A stretch of 64,000 nt of DNA from positions 29,456,932 to 29,520,931 of the forward strand of contig OZ316892.1 of the NCBI GenBank assembly GCA_973895155.1, written 5' to 3'. This document shows positions 36,845-51,100 of the stretch, piece after piece. The position numbers and the translations under genes were made by a program. Source of the stretch: Marsupella aquatica. Taxonomy: Eukaryota > Plantae > Marchantiophyta. A model generated the notes under the pieces. The model was not told the origin of the DNA. It ran no database searches and worked only from the letters and a program-made list of their open reading frames with translations. Position 1 is the stretch's first letter. Every line of letters begins with the position of its first letter.

Positions 36845-38580
36845 AAGAACCTGCCGAGCAATGCAGTAATGAGATGCTCTGTGATCACTAAAAACTCTCC
36901 AAAGTTCTGCATCCAAGCCAGGCCACATTCAATTCATCAACTTCGTAATTGAAGTACAAAAAGAAACTGGTACACAACTTGGTCTTACGACGAAGGACTG
37001 TTTATCAAAAACGTTCTCATCAGCAAAATCTCTCAGACAATCTAGAGTCCTAGTATTGCATCACAAAGACCCTCAATCCTTTGGAGCTGCGCTTCGAATC
37101 AAGCAGGAAAGTCATAGACGTAGCATACATTCAAGAAAAATGGACAGATCAACCTATTGGCAACGCAAATGAGTTCCGCCGTTGCGACGCAGGAGTGATT
37201 GTCAAAATCGATCTTATCATCAATCTCTCAGAAAACTACTACAAGAACGGGAACAATCCTGAGTCTTACTATGCACCACAACGACCGTCAATCGTTTGAA
37301 GCAGAAAAATCATAGAGCGTTCCGACACTTTCTACGAGAATTTATTGGCACTGAGAGGCTGCTCCACCGCAAAAGCTTCCCCGACAAATACAAGGAAAAC
37401 CATTAACAGCTGCACAACGGAGGATTCAGCGGCTACCCATCCGAATGTCCGATCTCGACCGTGAAGCTGTGATGGTGATTGTCAGTCACAGAGCCGTCAA
37501 AATCACTCAAGGATTCCATAGTCCATATCATCTAGTATGACAAACTGCATGTGCAGTAGCTGGAACTGAAACTGGGGCAATGTCAGAGATGGAACCCTCC
37601 ATCAAAGAGAAGAACATACGCGCTCGAACACAAGAGAGACACAACTGCAAAAGGAATCCAATAGCAGAAAAGTATGGAGAGTTCCTCCGTTCCGACCCGG
37701 AAAGAATTATGTCACAAGGCCGGGGTACTACGAAATGAGTTCCTCCTTCCGACGCTTTCTATGACAGTGTGATCTTCCATTGAAGTGGTGCTCAATTTAT
37801 TGCAAAAGTCTTACTGATGAGATGCAAGGAAGCTCTTGTTGCTACACTATATCAAGCCAGCCTACGCATTCAATCTTCAAGATGACGTTGGATCATAATT
37901 GTCAGTTCAAGCGCTGTCAAAATGAATAATTCCGATTATTAGGAGTCGATCGATGCACACCCTTGTAAGGGCCCAAGGCATTTTGCGAGAGAAATCGAGA
38001 AGAACTTACCCAGAACCGGAGGAATAAAAAGAAGATGACAGCACAACAAAACCCAAGGATTGAAATCCGAATCAAGTTGCTCAAATGGAGGCCAACAAGG
38101 GTATACCAGTGACTAGAAGAAAAAAATATTACAGAAACTGTAATTCTCGATGCCAAAGAGGTAGAAGGAAAAAAGAAGAGTTGATGACACCCAAATACCT
38201 CCACGCGAATCTCAACTGTTCTGGAGATAAATTGATACAAAACTCTTCACTTTGCCAAAAGACACTTCTTCCCAAAATTCACATCTGGATATTGAGAATG
38301 TCCGTTATTTATTTTGCTCTAATACAATTTTGCCTTTGAGAGTAGGAATAACATTGTAGTTATGGAACTGGAAGTATTTACAGTAGCAATTCTGCCACAA
38401 ATTCTGTTGATGTTGAAAGTTTTCAAAGAAATTCTCGCGCGAGAATGATTGAAAAAGTGGACATCTGGAAAACTTGGAATGGCATTGGGGCCCATAAGAG
38501 TTATGTTGTTGAAACGAAGACAGTATTCATCACAACATGGACATTTGACTCTCGCCCACATGATCTGGGTGTTCTGGTAG
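36845..38580. repeat. Duplication block B: upstream region of the RNase H unit without the CDS, homologous to ~40320-42345
   Basis: Collinear blocks CACAACTTGGTCTTACGACGAAGGA, GGAAAGAATTATGTCAC, GAAGAACTTACCCAGAACC and TTCATCACAACATGGACA. Confidence 0.88.
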
Positions 38581-39686
38581 ACATACGCCCCAAGGGTTCG
38601 ACGGGATGTTTTGTTTGTGCTAGAAATGCAGCTTTTGATCTACACTACGATCCTTCATTTCGAGTCTTGAGATCGGCTAAGGCACCACTGCTAAATCGAA
38701 AGCGATCTCCTCTCTTATGAGTCTTTCCGAAGTGTTTGGAAGAGGAAGTTATAGTAGCCTCCCGAAGGTCTCGTGCCAATCTGCACTATTGCTTACTATG
38801 TATCTTGTTTTGCAACCAATGTCAAGTCTGGGTCGGGTGTAGAATTGTAAAATCCAATCTGCATGCTTGAAGTAATTCAATACTTCGAAAATTATACGAT
38901 TCATGATAACCTCATGACCGATCGATTTATCTTGAGATCCAAGCGCAGCCCACAAGACCGTTCTAAAGTTTCAGACAATATAATACATGAACACTTCCAA
39001 CGTTTCGAGTCAATACTCAGAAAGGACAATTCATATTTCCAGAATATACAAAGTCTCTCGACAAACATTGATGCATAGAAACTGAAGGAACTTAACACCA
39101 TTTTCCCTGAGAAACAAAGCTTCTCTAATGCCCGCGCGTTGGAGTGTGTGCACCTACGTACGTCCAACTGGCAAATAGCGTTGGCATTGCAAGATTCCAA
39201 GGCCCGAGACGTGAATCCTACAGAAGATTTCCCGAACTGTTATTCCAGATGCTTGTTATAGCAAATCCAAACTCTCCTGGTACAAGAAACTATCTCAGGA
39301 GACGGCAATCATAGACAATTCCAATTCGAAATTCTCGTGCTACAGGAAACTATCTCAGGAGACTCAAATCATACACAGAGCTTTGCGAGACAGTGTCTCC
39401 TAATCCTTGCGGAAGAACTCTCCTGCTTCGAGAAACATCGTAGCAATCAATCCACGTCATCTTCATTCGGGAGCACACCCACCTTCCTATACTCTCGCAG
39501 TCTCACGGCCACTCTCTGGCTACTGGAACTCGGACATCGTGTTCGATCATGCAAAGCAGCAGTCCTCTGGCTACAGCCGCGATTGATGAGCCCCGCATAC
39601 GCCACCGCCAGTGAAAAATGCGGAGACTCCTTGCTCATCATTCCACCGTGATATCACCAATCTCGAATGCCGGCGCCCGACGTTAC

Positions 39687-40280
39687 TTATGTACCAAGAG
39701 CAAGGTTCGCTAGACGATCCGCATCCTGATTGTGCACTCTGGATACTCCCCAGAAGCGGATATTAATCCCGCAGTCGTTCAATTGACGAATCTTATCGTC
39801 CAACTCCACAATCGCATCAGCGTTGGACACCGGTAAACCACTGGCAGTCAAGAAACCATTCATCACCCAAGTGTCTAAGTAGTTAGTCATCGAGCCGAAC
39901 AGATAGTCGGAATCCGTAACGAGCACAACGCCATCCTTCCACGGTTGCCAATTCACATCGTTAGAGATAATGTCTACCGCCTTCTGAGCAGCGAAGATCT
40001 CGGCCTTATTGTTTGTGGGGTTCGTGCTTGATGGAAGAAGGCCATAGGAGTTGCGGGGCGAACCTTGCGCGGAAAAGACGCCATACGAAGCCTTGGCCCA
40101 TGGCTGACCATTTCCCGGGCACGCACCATCGGTGAACATGGCAATTGGCCCTCGTGGCCCGCCGAAGCGTGACACTTCATTGGAGCGGTCATAGAACAGA
40201 ATTTCGGACGGCACAATCTGAGTTCGGGTCGTGCCCAGGTCCGCCTCTGGATAGAAGACTCTTTTGCTCCTCTGTGCCAT
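39687..40280 (-). CDS. Stand-alone intronless ribonuclease HI-like protein, copy 2 (197 aa)
   Basis: FTDGACPGNG, TNNKAE, VTDSDY and NQDADRLANLAL; collinear with copy 1. Confidence 0.88.
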   Translation of the reverse strand: MAQRSKRVFYPEADLGTTRTQIVPSEILFYDRSNEVSRFGGPRGPIAMFTDGACPGNGQPWAKASYGVFSAQGSPRNSYGLLPSSTNPTNNKAEIFAAQKAVDIISNDVNWQPWKDGVVLVTDSDYLFGSMTNYLDTWVMNGFLTASGLPVSNADAIVELDDKIRQLNDCGINIRFWGVSRVHNQDADRLANLALGT

Positions 40281-42269
40281 TCTGATTCTTCAGTCAGGTT
40301 TCAGGCTGTGCAATGTTGCAGAAGAACGTGCGGAGCAATGCAGTAAGGAGATGCTCTGTGATTGCGCAGCAGTGATAGGGGATAGCTCCAAAGTTCTGCA
40401 TCCAAGCCAAGCCACATTCAATTCATGGACTTCGTAGCTGAAGTACAGAACGAAACTGGTACACAACTTGGTCTTACGACGAAGGAATGTTTGTCAAAAA
40501 CGTTCTGATCTCGGTGAAGTCCGACAAGAATAGTAACATTAGAGAGTCCTAATACTATAATATTGCATCACAAAGACCGTCAATTCTTTGCAGCTTCAAA
40601 TCAAGTAGAAAAGTCATACACATAGCATACATTCAAGAAAATGGACATATCAACCTGTTGGCAACGTAAATTAAATGAGTTTCGCCTTCCGATTGTCGAA
40701 TCGTTTGTATCATCAATCAATCAGAAAACTAAGTCAAGAATGGGAACAATCTTGTGTCCTACTCCTGCATCACAAAGACCGTCAATCGTTTGCAGCTGCG
40801 CCGCGAATGAGGCAGGAAAATCATAGAACATTCCGACGGTTTCTACGGGTATTTATTGACAGTGAGAGGCTAGCTGCTCCACCAAAAAAGTTTCACCGAT
40901 AATACAAGGAAATCCTCGCAGCTGCATAACGAACGGCTCAGCAGCTACCCATCCGAATATCCGATCTCGAACGTGAAGCTGTGATCGTGACTGTCAGTGA
41001 CAGAGCCGTCAAAATCAATCAAGGATTCCATGTTACAGTATCACTGAGTATGACAAATTGTCCAGTAGTTGGAACTGAAGGATTCCATGTTACGTATCAC
41101 TGAGTATGACAAATTGTCCAGTAGTTGGAACTGAAACTGCTGCCCATTTCACGCCCCACAGAGTATCAATCCAATGTCAGAAAGGGAAACCTGAATAGGG
41201 GCGCTCCCCTGAATAGAAGAAGATACGCTCTCGAACACAGTTGAGACACAATTCATTGAGAAATGAATCCGACAGCAGAAAATTAAGGACACCCGAGACA
41301 CAATTGCAATATGAACCCAATAGCAGAAAAGGTTCAATAGTTGGTGATTGAATTTAAACATGACTTCGATTATCGGAGTGCCATCTCGATCCGACGCCCA
41401 ATATATAAATAATTATTGAAATTTTGGGCTGACTAACAAATGAGTTCCTCCCTTCGGACCTGGAAAGAATTATGTCACTAGACCTTGGTACTACGAAAAT
41501 GAGTTCCCTCCTTCCGACGCTATCTATGCAAAAGTCTCACTAATTATGAGATTCAAGGAAAATCTCGTTGCAACAGATCTATTCAGCCTGTCCATGGCCA
41601 GCCCATCCATCCAATCTTCAACGTGACGTTATGATCATAATTGTCAGTCGCAGAGCCGTAAAAAATGAACGATTCGAACATTAGAAATTAATCGATGCTC
41701 CCCATTTTGAGGGCCCAAGGAGTATTGCCAGAGACAGGTCGAGAAGAACTTACCCAGAACCTGAGGAATAATAAGGAGAAGAGAGCACAACAAAACCCAA
41801 GGATGGAAACAACAAGGGTATAATACCAGTGACAAAAGGTATGTGTATAAAGTGACAAGAAGGAAAAGTGATACAGAAAAGATAATTCTTGCTGCCGGCA
41901 AAAGGATCAGCAGAGTTGATGACACCCACAAACCTCCACGCAATCTCAGCTGTTCTGGAGATGCATTGATACAAAACTTTTCATCTTGCCAAAAGACATT
42001 TCTTTAATTCCAAAGTCTGGCATTGAGAAATTTCGATCATTTCTTTTGCTCTAACACAATTTTGCCCCTGAAAGTAGGAATGAAATCTTAGTTAGTTACG
42101 GAATTGGAAGTGTGTACCGTAGAACTCTGCAGGCCAAAATTCTGTGGATGTTCAAATTTTCCAACGAAATTCTCCTGCTTGAATGACCGAAAAATTAACC
42201 CATGAAAAACCTGAAATGCCATTGAAGCCCATCTCAATGCTCAAAGCTGAATCGAACCCATCACAGGAA

Positions 42270-43752
42270 TGTGGTTGAAACAAAGACAGTCTTCATCACA
42301 ACATGGACAATTGATCCTCTTCCACACGATCTCGGTGTTCTGGCGACCGAACCTCTGCTTCGTAAAAGAGCTCGTCCCCAGGTTATATTGAAAATGTCAA
42401 TCCAGTCTATAACTAGAAAAGAGCTCATCATCCGTATAAACAGCGGCTACCGTCGGAATTAGAATGCTAGAAGCGACTGGTTTAATTTCAGGAAATGAAC
42501 ATGGTTGAAGAAGGGTCCTTGAATTTTCATCTAATTCAAGGACATATATGGCAGTGGGAGTTATCACATGGATTTTCCTCCTGCTGCGAATGCTGCTCCC
42601 CATATGGGTTCTGTAGGGGGCTCTAACGACCTCCACTCATCCTTAAGTGGATGATAAGCCTCCAACAGAGGTCCTGCCTCTTCGAATGTCATTCCATGAG
42701 AACGTTTATAGACATACCCGCTATGCACAACAAGCTCGTTTCCAACTGTCACAACTCGATGCTGTGAGATTGCAGACATCATGGGCTTAATTCTCGACCA
42801 GGTGTCAGCCTTGAGATCATACATCTCAGATTTGCGAGAACGTGTGTGATTGGCATTACCCCCAAAGCAATCAATCTTGCCGTCAATAGCACGTGACCAT
42901 GATGCAGAGTAATATGCTCTTGGATCGTGCATGCTTGCACATCGTTTCCATTGCCCCTGTCCTACTAGATCCAGCATGTAAACTTTCTTACTACCTCTAC
43001 GCCTGCCTCTATAATAGTTCCGTCCTCCCAAGACATATATTTTGCGAATGAGATCGACACATCGGCAATTCCATGGGAAGCCGTCCGCAAGACCCATGTC
43101 TTTCATCAAGCCTTTCAAGCCGAAGGTTCGTATGATTATACGGGATGGTGTGGAGCGAGCAATGCAAAACCGAGAGTGACGAATGACAGTGGATCTGCTA
43201 TAGACTGGTGACAGCCAGACCTTTTCTTGTGTACCGGTGTGGCTGCACTCTGATAGAGCGCCGAATAGGAAGTAAGCAGTGACAATAGAGATGCGAATCA
43301 CTGATAGCAGACGTCACACGCGGGGTCAGACGTAGATGAGTTTCTCTCCAACTATACAAAATCTAGTGGACAGAGATCAGGCTATCGAGGTGATAGTTCG
43401 TGGTGCGTGCAAACGTACAGGCCCATGCAAAGCAGCGATCTGAACCGCTGCAGTGAACATTGTTTCGGTGGGCTGGCATACTACAGTAGACTGATCTTGA
43501 AGTGAGCATGCAGTACTAGTCGACGAGTGGTGTGTTGCTGTTGCCCTCGTTTTCGCTGCTGCAAGGGGCGAGGCAGTATGTATACTGTGACCAATTGAAA
43601 GCCTTGGCTTGCCACTCGGTCAGTATTTTGGGACAAATCATTGGCAACGTTGTGTCTTCTAGGCCTCTCGGTTGTGAAAGGAGGTTGTCGTCGGGATTCT
43701 CATGAATGAATGTCCTGCGCTTTCCTTTCTGTAATTTTGATGTCAGAGACAT
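42270..43752 (-). pseudogene. F-box/kelch-repeat gene, frameshifted
   Basis: Kelch repeats KIYVLGGR...VYMLD...WKRCASMHDPR and AIDGKIDCFGG...SEMYDLKADTWSRIKPM; continues in other frames (GGKIHVITP). A weak F-box-like segment lies at ~43600-43690. Confidence 0.7.
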
Positions 43753-44780
43753 TCAATTTATGTCCGAGGCATGATGCTGATCATGACAAATTTTTCTTAC
43801 ATTTTCACACACATGTGTTCGCAATCATTGCGCTAATTTAGCTTAGAGTGATCCGCAGAGTGATCTCCGTTTAGCTCTCAGCGCCCTTCAATTGCTGATC
43901 CAAAATTGAATTTGCTTCTCTCGATCCATCCAGACCTTCTCGTTATGCAATTTTGGAGGTTCGAGTGAGTTGTCTTTCTACTGTCACTAATTTGTCCCAT
44001 GTCCTGTATGCTTCAACAACAACTGACAATCGACGAAGACACCAAGTCTGCACCCACAAACAGTCTTGTCCCGATGTACGTTACGTAGCTGATTACTGAC
44101 ATAGTTGGTTCACGGTAGGCATTACCTAGTGGCAGATCAGGAGCTTCCTCAAGCGCAGCAGGATTCTATTTGTTGTAATGTTGATTGGGTCAGGGCTCGG
44201 CTAGTCGGCTCACTCCTCCCTTAGGGCTCTCAGATGAGAGTGAAAGATTTCAACAAAAACATGAACCCCTGTTTCTCATCAATGAACAAGGTCTAGACTC
44301 TCGACAGGATGAATTTGTGAGTGGTTCTTGCCCAATCATGATTCTACGTTTATAATGCTGGCTTTCTCCATTCCGATTACCAACTGACAGAGCTTGTCTT
44401 TTGTCCTTAGCCTTATTATAAATCGGTCCAGGTGGGAGGGGTGGCGACTGGGAGCGGGCATTGTGATGGTTTTGTGATGGTTTCTCCTCTCTCTTCTCTT
44501 TTCTCTGTCTGGGGTGTATTTCCAAGCCTACATTCATGCCATTTTCCTTGCTTAGAAGCAGGATCCCAGGTCTAGCTAGTTCTGCCCTCACTTAGTCCAG
44601 AGGTGCTCTTTGCCTGGTGCCGGCCTCATCCTCCAGGTGTTGCATTGCTCCTCTCACTTTTGGGATGCCCTGTTTTGAAAGGTTCTTGTTGGTATCTCTG
44701 TGATTGCATATCAAAATGTTACAATATAAAAGGTGCTATGTCACTTGGGACCATGATAAACCCAGATATTTTGTTTCAAT

Positions 44781-44931
44781 CAGTGAGACAGTGTTATTCT
44801 AAATAATTAGATGGGTTTCTGATGTTCAATTCACGCGAGGAGATGCCTCAGTAAAGTGAACAAGATGCCTCAGTCATTTGAATTGAACATCAAAAACACA
44901 CATAATTGTTTAGAACAACACTGTCTCACTG
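44781..44931. mobile_element. ~150-bp foldback or MITE-like inverted repeat
   Basis: Arms of about 53 bp: CAGTGAGACAGTGTT.TTCTAAA.AATTA...TGATGTTCAATTCA and TGAATTGAACATCA...TAATT.TTTAGAA.AACACTGTCTCACTG. No clear TSD. Confidence 0.65.
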
Positions 44932-47404
44932 TGATGCCTCTTGTGAATCCAGACTCAAGGGGACTTTGGTACCCGTTGTGCTTAAGTTCTCCAATTCAAG
45001 GACGTGGGAGAATCTAGAGTGAGAGTACCCCACATCACTCAGACCATTTCTCCATCTGAACCCTTCTCTAAATCCAAAGCCCATAAAATTGATATGAGAG
45101 GCTTAAACCCATCCACAACTTAAAAAACAAGCCAACTATGTTAAGGGAATATGCACTTGCTCAAACTTTTTGGGTTTTTGTTTTTTTATCTTGAAAGGAG
45201 CACTTTACTTCATGGGAAAGTAAAACCCAAAAAATCAGGGAGTGAAGCCAGAAGTCAATAAACGATCGCAGGCCAACCGCCAATGAAACACATTTGGTCA
45301 AGTGGACAAGGGCCGACTTGTTTTAGTAAGACCTATCCGGGGCTGAAGTACTTTTAGGGTTCCTGTAGTTTTAGAACAAAATAAATTGTAGAAAGTGATA
45401 ATGTCATCACAATCTACCCTACCGTCATGTTATGAACCCGATCTGAGTACTGATTTTGTAATTCCTTCAAAAGGAGATTCCCCTTAGATTAGACAAATTA
45501 GATTAGATCACACAAAGTCCAAGGACAAGTTGCTCAATGGCGATTTTCCTTTCAAAAAGCTAAAGAAACAGTGCATTGACAATCAAGTGACGTTAATGCA
45601 ATTTGATGCTCCCATAGACCATAATTAGATAGAAACCGCCCAACTCAATTGAACTCTTATATAGCATGTTCATCCTGGAACATGTTTCATTTTTTGTTTT
45701 TTAGTGATATACAGATGTTCTAATTAAATTATAAACAAGACATTGACTAGGGAGACTTAGAGTCTATGATATTGAAACTTGTGCACATAAGTTACAAAAA
45801 TAAAACTATACATGTAAAGAAAAATAATAATGAACAGGAAAGTTTAAATTTATGGTATTGGGATGTGCACATAATGTACATGAGTAGAGATACTTATGTA
45901 CTTACTTTAGATAATGACACTCAAAATAATTAAAACCATAAATTAAGGACACAAAACCATGGGACCATAAATTTAGGACACAAAACCATGAGTAGTACTT
46001 AAAGACATAAGGTGTGCACATTATTTAGATCATTTTTTTTGTACTCATGAGAATAAGGGTTAGAAATTCAACGAGCTTTGTTACAGGGTGGATGATCTTA
46101 AAATATAGCAAAGATCTAAAAATATTAGAGGGGTGCCAGAATAAATTAGAAATCTAAACTATACAAGGGATGCGCCTTGGTAAGACACATTGAAATAAAA
46201 ATGCATAACAAAAGAAGTTTAAATAAGACAAAATACTGAAAGTTGCATTCATCATATAGCAGCTTCAAAAAAATCCTATAACTGATTCAGAATATTATCC
46301 ATGACATTGTGAGTAAAGGTGATATTTATCCATTCAAGTTGCAAAAATATATGGGAACATTTTAGACAAACAGAGGATACACCAAGTTTAAATTTCTTTA
46401 CAAGGCGTTCACACATTTTATTGTACTAAAAATGAGGTACTTAGGGGGCACAAAATCCCAAACCAGTAGAAAAATCACATTTTTTGTTGAATTTTAGTTT
46501 GTTCACTTGTTGTGGTGGGCCCTGAGAATGACCCGTCTTTTACACCCTAGTTTTGGATGTTCTACCTGTTGTGACCAGAAACTTTGGTTAGGGGCCTGGT
46601 ATTTTATTGTAATGTCAATACAATAAGTAGGGGCATAAAGCCGAGAAATAAGATCTAGAAGAGGATACAGCCAAGATCAAACCCAAAACTGACCCAAAAA
46701 TCAAGGCACCAACTTCAGGTCAAATGAGTGAGTGAATGAACTTTTAAGCTCAGGAAAAACAGTCATGAAGGCGAGACCACACTCCTCCCATATCTACAAC
46801 TGGAGGAGTTGAGGCGGAGAAAAAGCCATGACGGTCAGCTTTCGTCCGAATCTAGACACGACAATCCACTCTCCACTCCTTCAAACGAGACAGACAGTGA
46901 GATTCCCACCACGAAAGTATGGAAGTGGAAACTGCACATCACATTCCTTCGTCCTCTCTTCTAGAGCGTCTCTTCTGCAGATTCATCCCATCGTCGGATC
47001 GTCCTCTTCTCTGGAGCAGCATCTCATGACCGTTCTCTCTTCTGCAGCAGCAGGAGCAGCGCCGTCCTGGTCCCGCCCAGCGACATCTAATCTGATCAAC
47101 TCGCTCCGCTTAATTAATTGCCACCACCCACCGCAGCATGGTGATTAATTCACAACCTGCCTGACGACACCCCCTTAACTACTTCTATCAACCAAGCTCA
47201 TGATCGAAAACACACAGTCACCCAACATCATTCTCATCGAATCGAATCCGCAATTTGAGTTGAATCATCATCCCCAGCAGCATCAATCTCGAGATCGGTC
47301 CCCACTTAGAGAGTTAAATCCCTCACACTCAGCACCTCAGAGCACCAAAACGGAGTCGCTCATCAATCAGCCACCTGAGCTGGCCCAGCTGGTGTTGCCT
47401 ACAG

Positions 47405-47675
47405 CAGCTACTGCTACAGACTGTTGACACGCTAGTAACACTGCACACTGCTGTGAAAATGTGGTAGGCCAAGCTGATGTTGCATACAGCTGCTGTTACA
47501 GACAGTTAACACGCTAATAACACTGCTGCAAATATGGTATACACTGTACTCTGTCTAAGTGCAGGGAAACACGCAAGTCTCCTGCTGCTACAGACTGTTA
47601 GCACTCTAATAACACTGCTGTCAAAATACGATATACACTGTACTCTGTCTAAGTGCAGGGAAACACGCAAGTCTG
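47405..47675. repeat. Local tandem duplications
   Basis: CTGCTACAGACTGTT...CTAATAACACTGCTG occurs 3 times; TATACACTGTACTCTGTCTAAGTGCAGGGAAACACGCAAGTCT occurs twice. Confidence 0.85.
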
Positions 47676-47936
47676 CACTAGTCGCAGTATTGTTATATGT
47701 GTATTAAATTAAATTAATAGGACATCATTTATACACTTCTCCTCATCACCTCATGTGCGTGGTTGCACTCCCCAATAAGTGCATGAGAATCATATATTAT
47801 ATAAATCATCTGTGTTACTAGGGAGGATGCATCGACTCTTCATACTTGGAGCTCTCATTCTTAAGGATTCAATTGGATAAGTGCATGAAATTACTCTAGG
47901 TAACTGTCTTGTTGTATGCTCTTAATATCAACAAAA

Positions 47937-48145
47937 TCTACAATTATAATAAGGGATCCTGTATTTTTTCATTCTTCTTCCAAATACAAAAAAGTTCATT
48001 GACAAGAAAGATCCACAGCCGTTGGATTCGTTTGACTGTTTACCCTGACCATTGATAGAAGAAATGGACACCCCTGGTGCATAAGTGCTTCCCCACAATT
48101 CCTCATAAATACCCCGGCCTGATTCCCTATAGACCTGCCCTCCCT
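47937..48145 (+). repeat. Second copy of the dispersed ~210-bp repeat
   Basis: Matches 15835-16045. Confidence 0.85.
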
Positions 48146-51100
48146 ATGGACCAGCCCATTCTTGCTTATTACACGGCTCGCTTATTATAATGCTTCTTAC
48201 ATGTGAGTTGCAATGACTGATATATGCATGTGTACACTGTTTAGGCAGAAATGCACTTAAATGTATTTTTCTTTTAGTAAGCTACAGTCAACCTGCACTT
48301 TATATGCTTGACTTTTTTGGTGCATTCACTAAAGAAATTGTTCTAATCTTACGGGGGTACATCGCCAGCCTGCACTGAACCATGGAAATCAATGCACTTA
48401 TACCGGCTCCACTACACATTGGTCCAGACCTCCCAGAACTTCAATTGAGAGGTCCTACATGGGTCCCCAAAATGCTGATGTGAACTGTGCAGTTTTGTAC
48501 AAAGTTTACACCACCTCTTGGAGGTAGTATTTTGTAAGCCAGGACTTCTAGGTCTCTTCTCATTCTGACCCTAAATTATTAATGGACTGCCTGGCCACCT
48601 CATTTTGTAAAGAGACAATCTAAATGATTGGACATAAATGAGTCTGAATGTTGCAATTGGTCCTCACTGAATGCTTATTAACTTGCACTGAAAAGTGCTC
48701 AAACAGTCACTGTTCTTGGAGGGCCAAGGCTTACTATAATTGGTTGTAGGGCCTCTAGTACACAAAATCCTTTTGGGGATGCTTTGTGGTGTACTGCAAA
48801 TCGTCACCAGGCTTTCCAATTTTCTGCTTAGTAGGGCTCTAGCTCCTTTGCTTTTGTAGAAGCCTCCCTGACATTTTGGTTCTTGGCCACCATTTTTTCT
48901 AGTGGTGAGAAATAGCTGGAACTCAACCCTCTGAAATGTCCTCCCCTCTTTTGACAATAATTTTTCAGGTTATTTGTCTTCCATCAGCCAGTTTCACGCT
49001 TAGCCACAGACCCCTATTGACTAGAATCTACTAGTCTAGGGAGATCTCACCTTCCATAATTGATTAATGAAAATCAGTTGAAGAAGATTCGTGCATCTTC
49101 TTTCATACACAGTGACATGCACCACACTCACGAAAAAACCTTAAAATATATTAAGCCCATAGCCTCTTCCCGGGTGTTTCCCTTGTGTGCCCCCTTTAGT
49201 GGGTCTGGTCTCAGGATTCATGTTTCTCAGTTTGGCGCTTTGTGTGCTACGGCGCTCTGCATAAAATAAAATAATATATGGTACAAGTGCCGGTCAATTT
49301 TTGTACTCGCATTAAGGCCCAGTACATCAGTACATCAATGTGTACCCGCCAGGACGATTTAAGGAATGACATTCGAGGCTGACTAATGAATGAATAGTAC
49401 TGCATTCATAATTTACTAACTGCCATCAGTGATCAGTCTGTCCGATAGACAAAATGGCGTGTGACGAATGATCATCGGCCGCTACTGCGGCTGCTGCTCT
49501 TGCTTCTCTGAGCTTGCCAGTGTAGCTCGGTGGGCGCCTCGGTTGCTTCCCGCTTCCTGAGGTGAGGGGAGCTGATGAGCTGAGGTGAGGGGAGCTGATG
49601 AGCTGAGCTCGTTGAAGCGGTGTGTTCGTTTGCCTCAGGAAAATAGTACGAGGGCAGTTGAAAGCACACGCTGGTGAAGCCTGGACTTGCATTGAGATGT
49701 GAGAGGAGTGGGTCAGTCTCTGAATCTTCCTGTGGCACGCGGCTTGCGGTTCAAGATGGAATGCTGGATAGTTGAGTAGAGTGGATTTTCCCTCTCCCCA
49801 ACCGACCGCGAGGAGGACGACGACTCGCCTTCAGATTCATGAATTTGAAGAGCTTCAAACGCTTGGGTTCTGAGCTACATTCTGGGATGATTGGACTGAT
49901 TGATTAGTTGATTGATTCACTTACAGTTCCAGTCCCTCTCCCTCCCTAGCTCCAAGTAGGTGGCTTTGATGCCTCGCTTTCGAATAAGAGAGGGGCTTGG
50001 ACAATGCGAGCTAGCTTCCGAGGAAAGGAAATAGACTGAGGAGAGAGGGAGAGAGACCGATAGAGACACAGAAGTGGACAAATTGGTCGGCTGGACTGTA
50101 CAGTTCACGTTGCAGACATGACACTTTCCGAGAGTAGCGGTGTCTAGTATTAGCTTGGAATGCGGGCGTCAGAGCCGTCTTGCAGTGATACAGTCCTCTA
50201 GAATTCGAAGGTCACTCAGGTTTAAGGCTACCGAAAGAAAGGAGAGCGAGCGGATGATTGAATGGATGAATTTCTCTAGAGTCCTGCGCCAAAATGCCAA
50301 CGAGTGTCCTTTATGCTATGCTCTACTCTAGAATCCGATGGGCTCCTCGCCGTCAGGTAATTTAACCCTTGACTGTCTAACATCCATAGGACACGGAGCT
50401 TCCGACAGAAAGGAGGAAATGAGTGACGCGATGCTTGCGGCAGTAACGAGAGTGGACGAGAGTGTACCGCACGGTAGTGGTAAGAGAGACAATTCCCGAC
50501 GAGCGAGTCTATGCGATGAAGCGATATTCCGGGGTCCTCAGGGTAGTGGGATGCAACCGATTGAGAGGAAGATCCCTGCTAAATCTTATACCAGGAAGTG
50601 AGTGAGAGGTGCCGGCATTGCTCACAGGCGGGTTCACCTAGTGAGTTGACTCGCGGTTGCTCAGACATTGCATTTGGTTTTGCAAGCAAGGTGATGAGAT
50701 TGAGGTTCCGGCATTCTGAACGGAACGGACAGACCCAGAGTGGTGCCAGTCGGTCTCCCTTCGGCCGCCGAACTTGGAATCGACAAGTATGGCAGAGGTC
50801 GAGGAGATGCAAGATGCTGGTACTGCAAGCGGTACCAGCAGAGGATATATGCTGCAGATTTTTTTCTCACTAGGGTGGCAAAGGGCTTTCCCTCAAAGCA
50901 AGAGAGGTCGAGGAGATGCAAGCGCATGAGAGACAGCTGCCATGTGTAGGTGACCTGAACATAGAAGAATATTTTGTTCCTGGAGGTGCCACCTCGGGTC
51001 GGCACCGTTTGCTGTAGAGTGAAATTCGAGTCCAATAAGTAATAATATTCTTTTCGAGTGCAAGGGATGCGGAAGCTGCAAGCGAGAGAGAAATGCTGCT

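Noticed and set aside
36374-36952. 192-aa hydrophobic ORF
   Set aside because: It is T-rich repeat-tail sequence that runs into the duplicated non-coding block.
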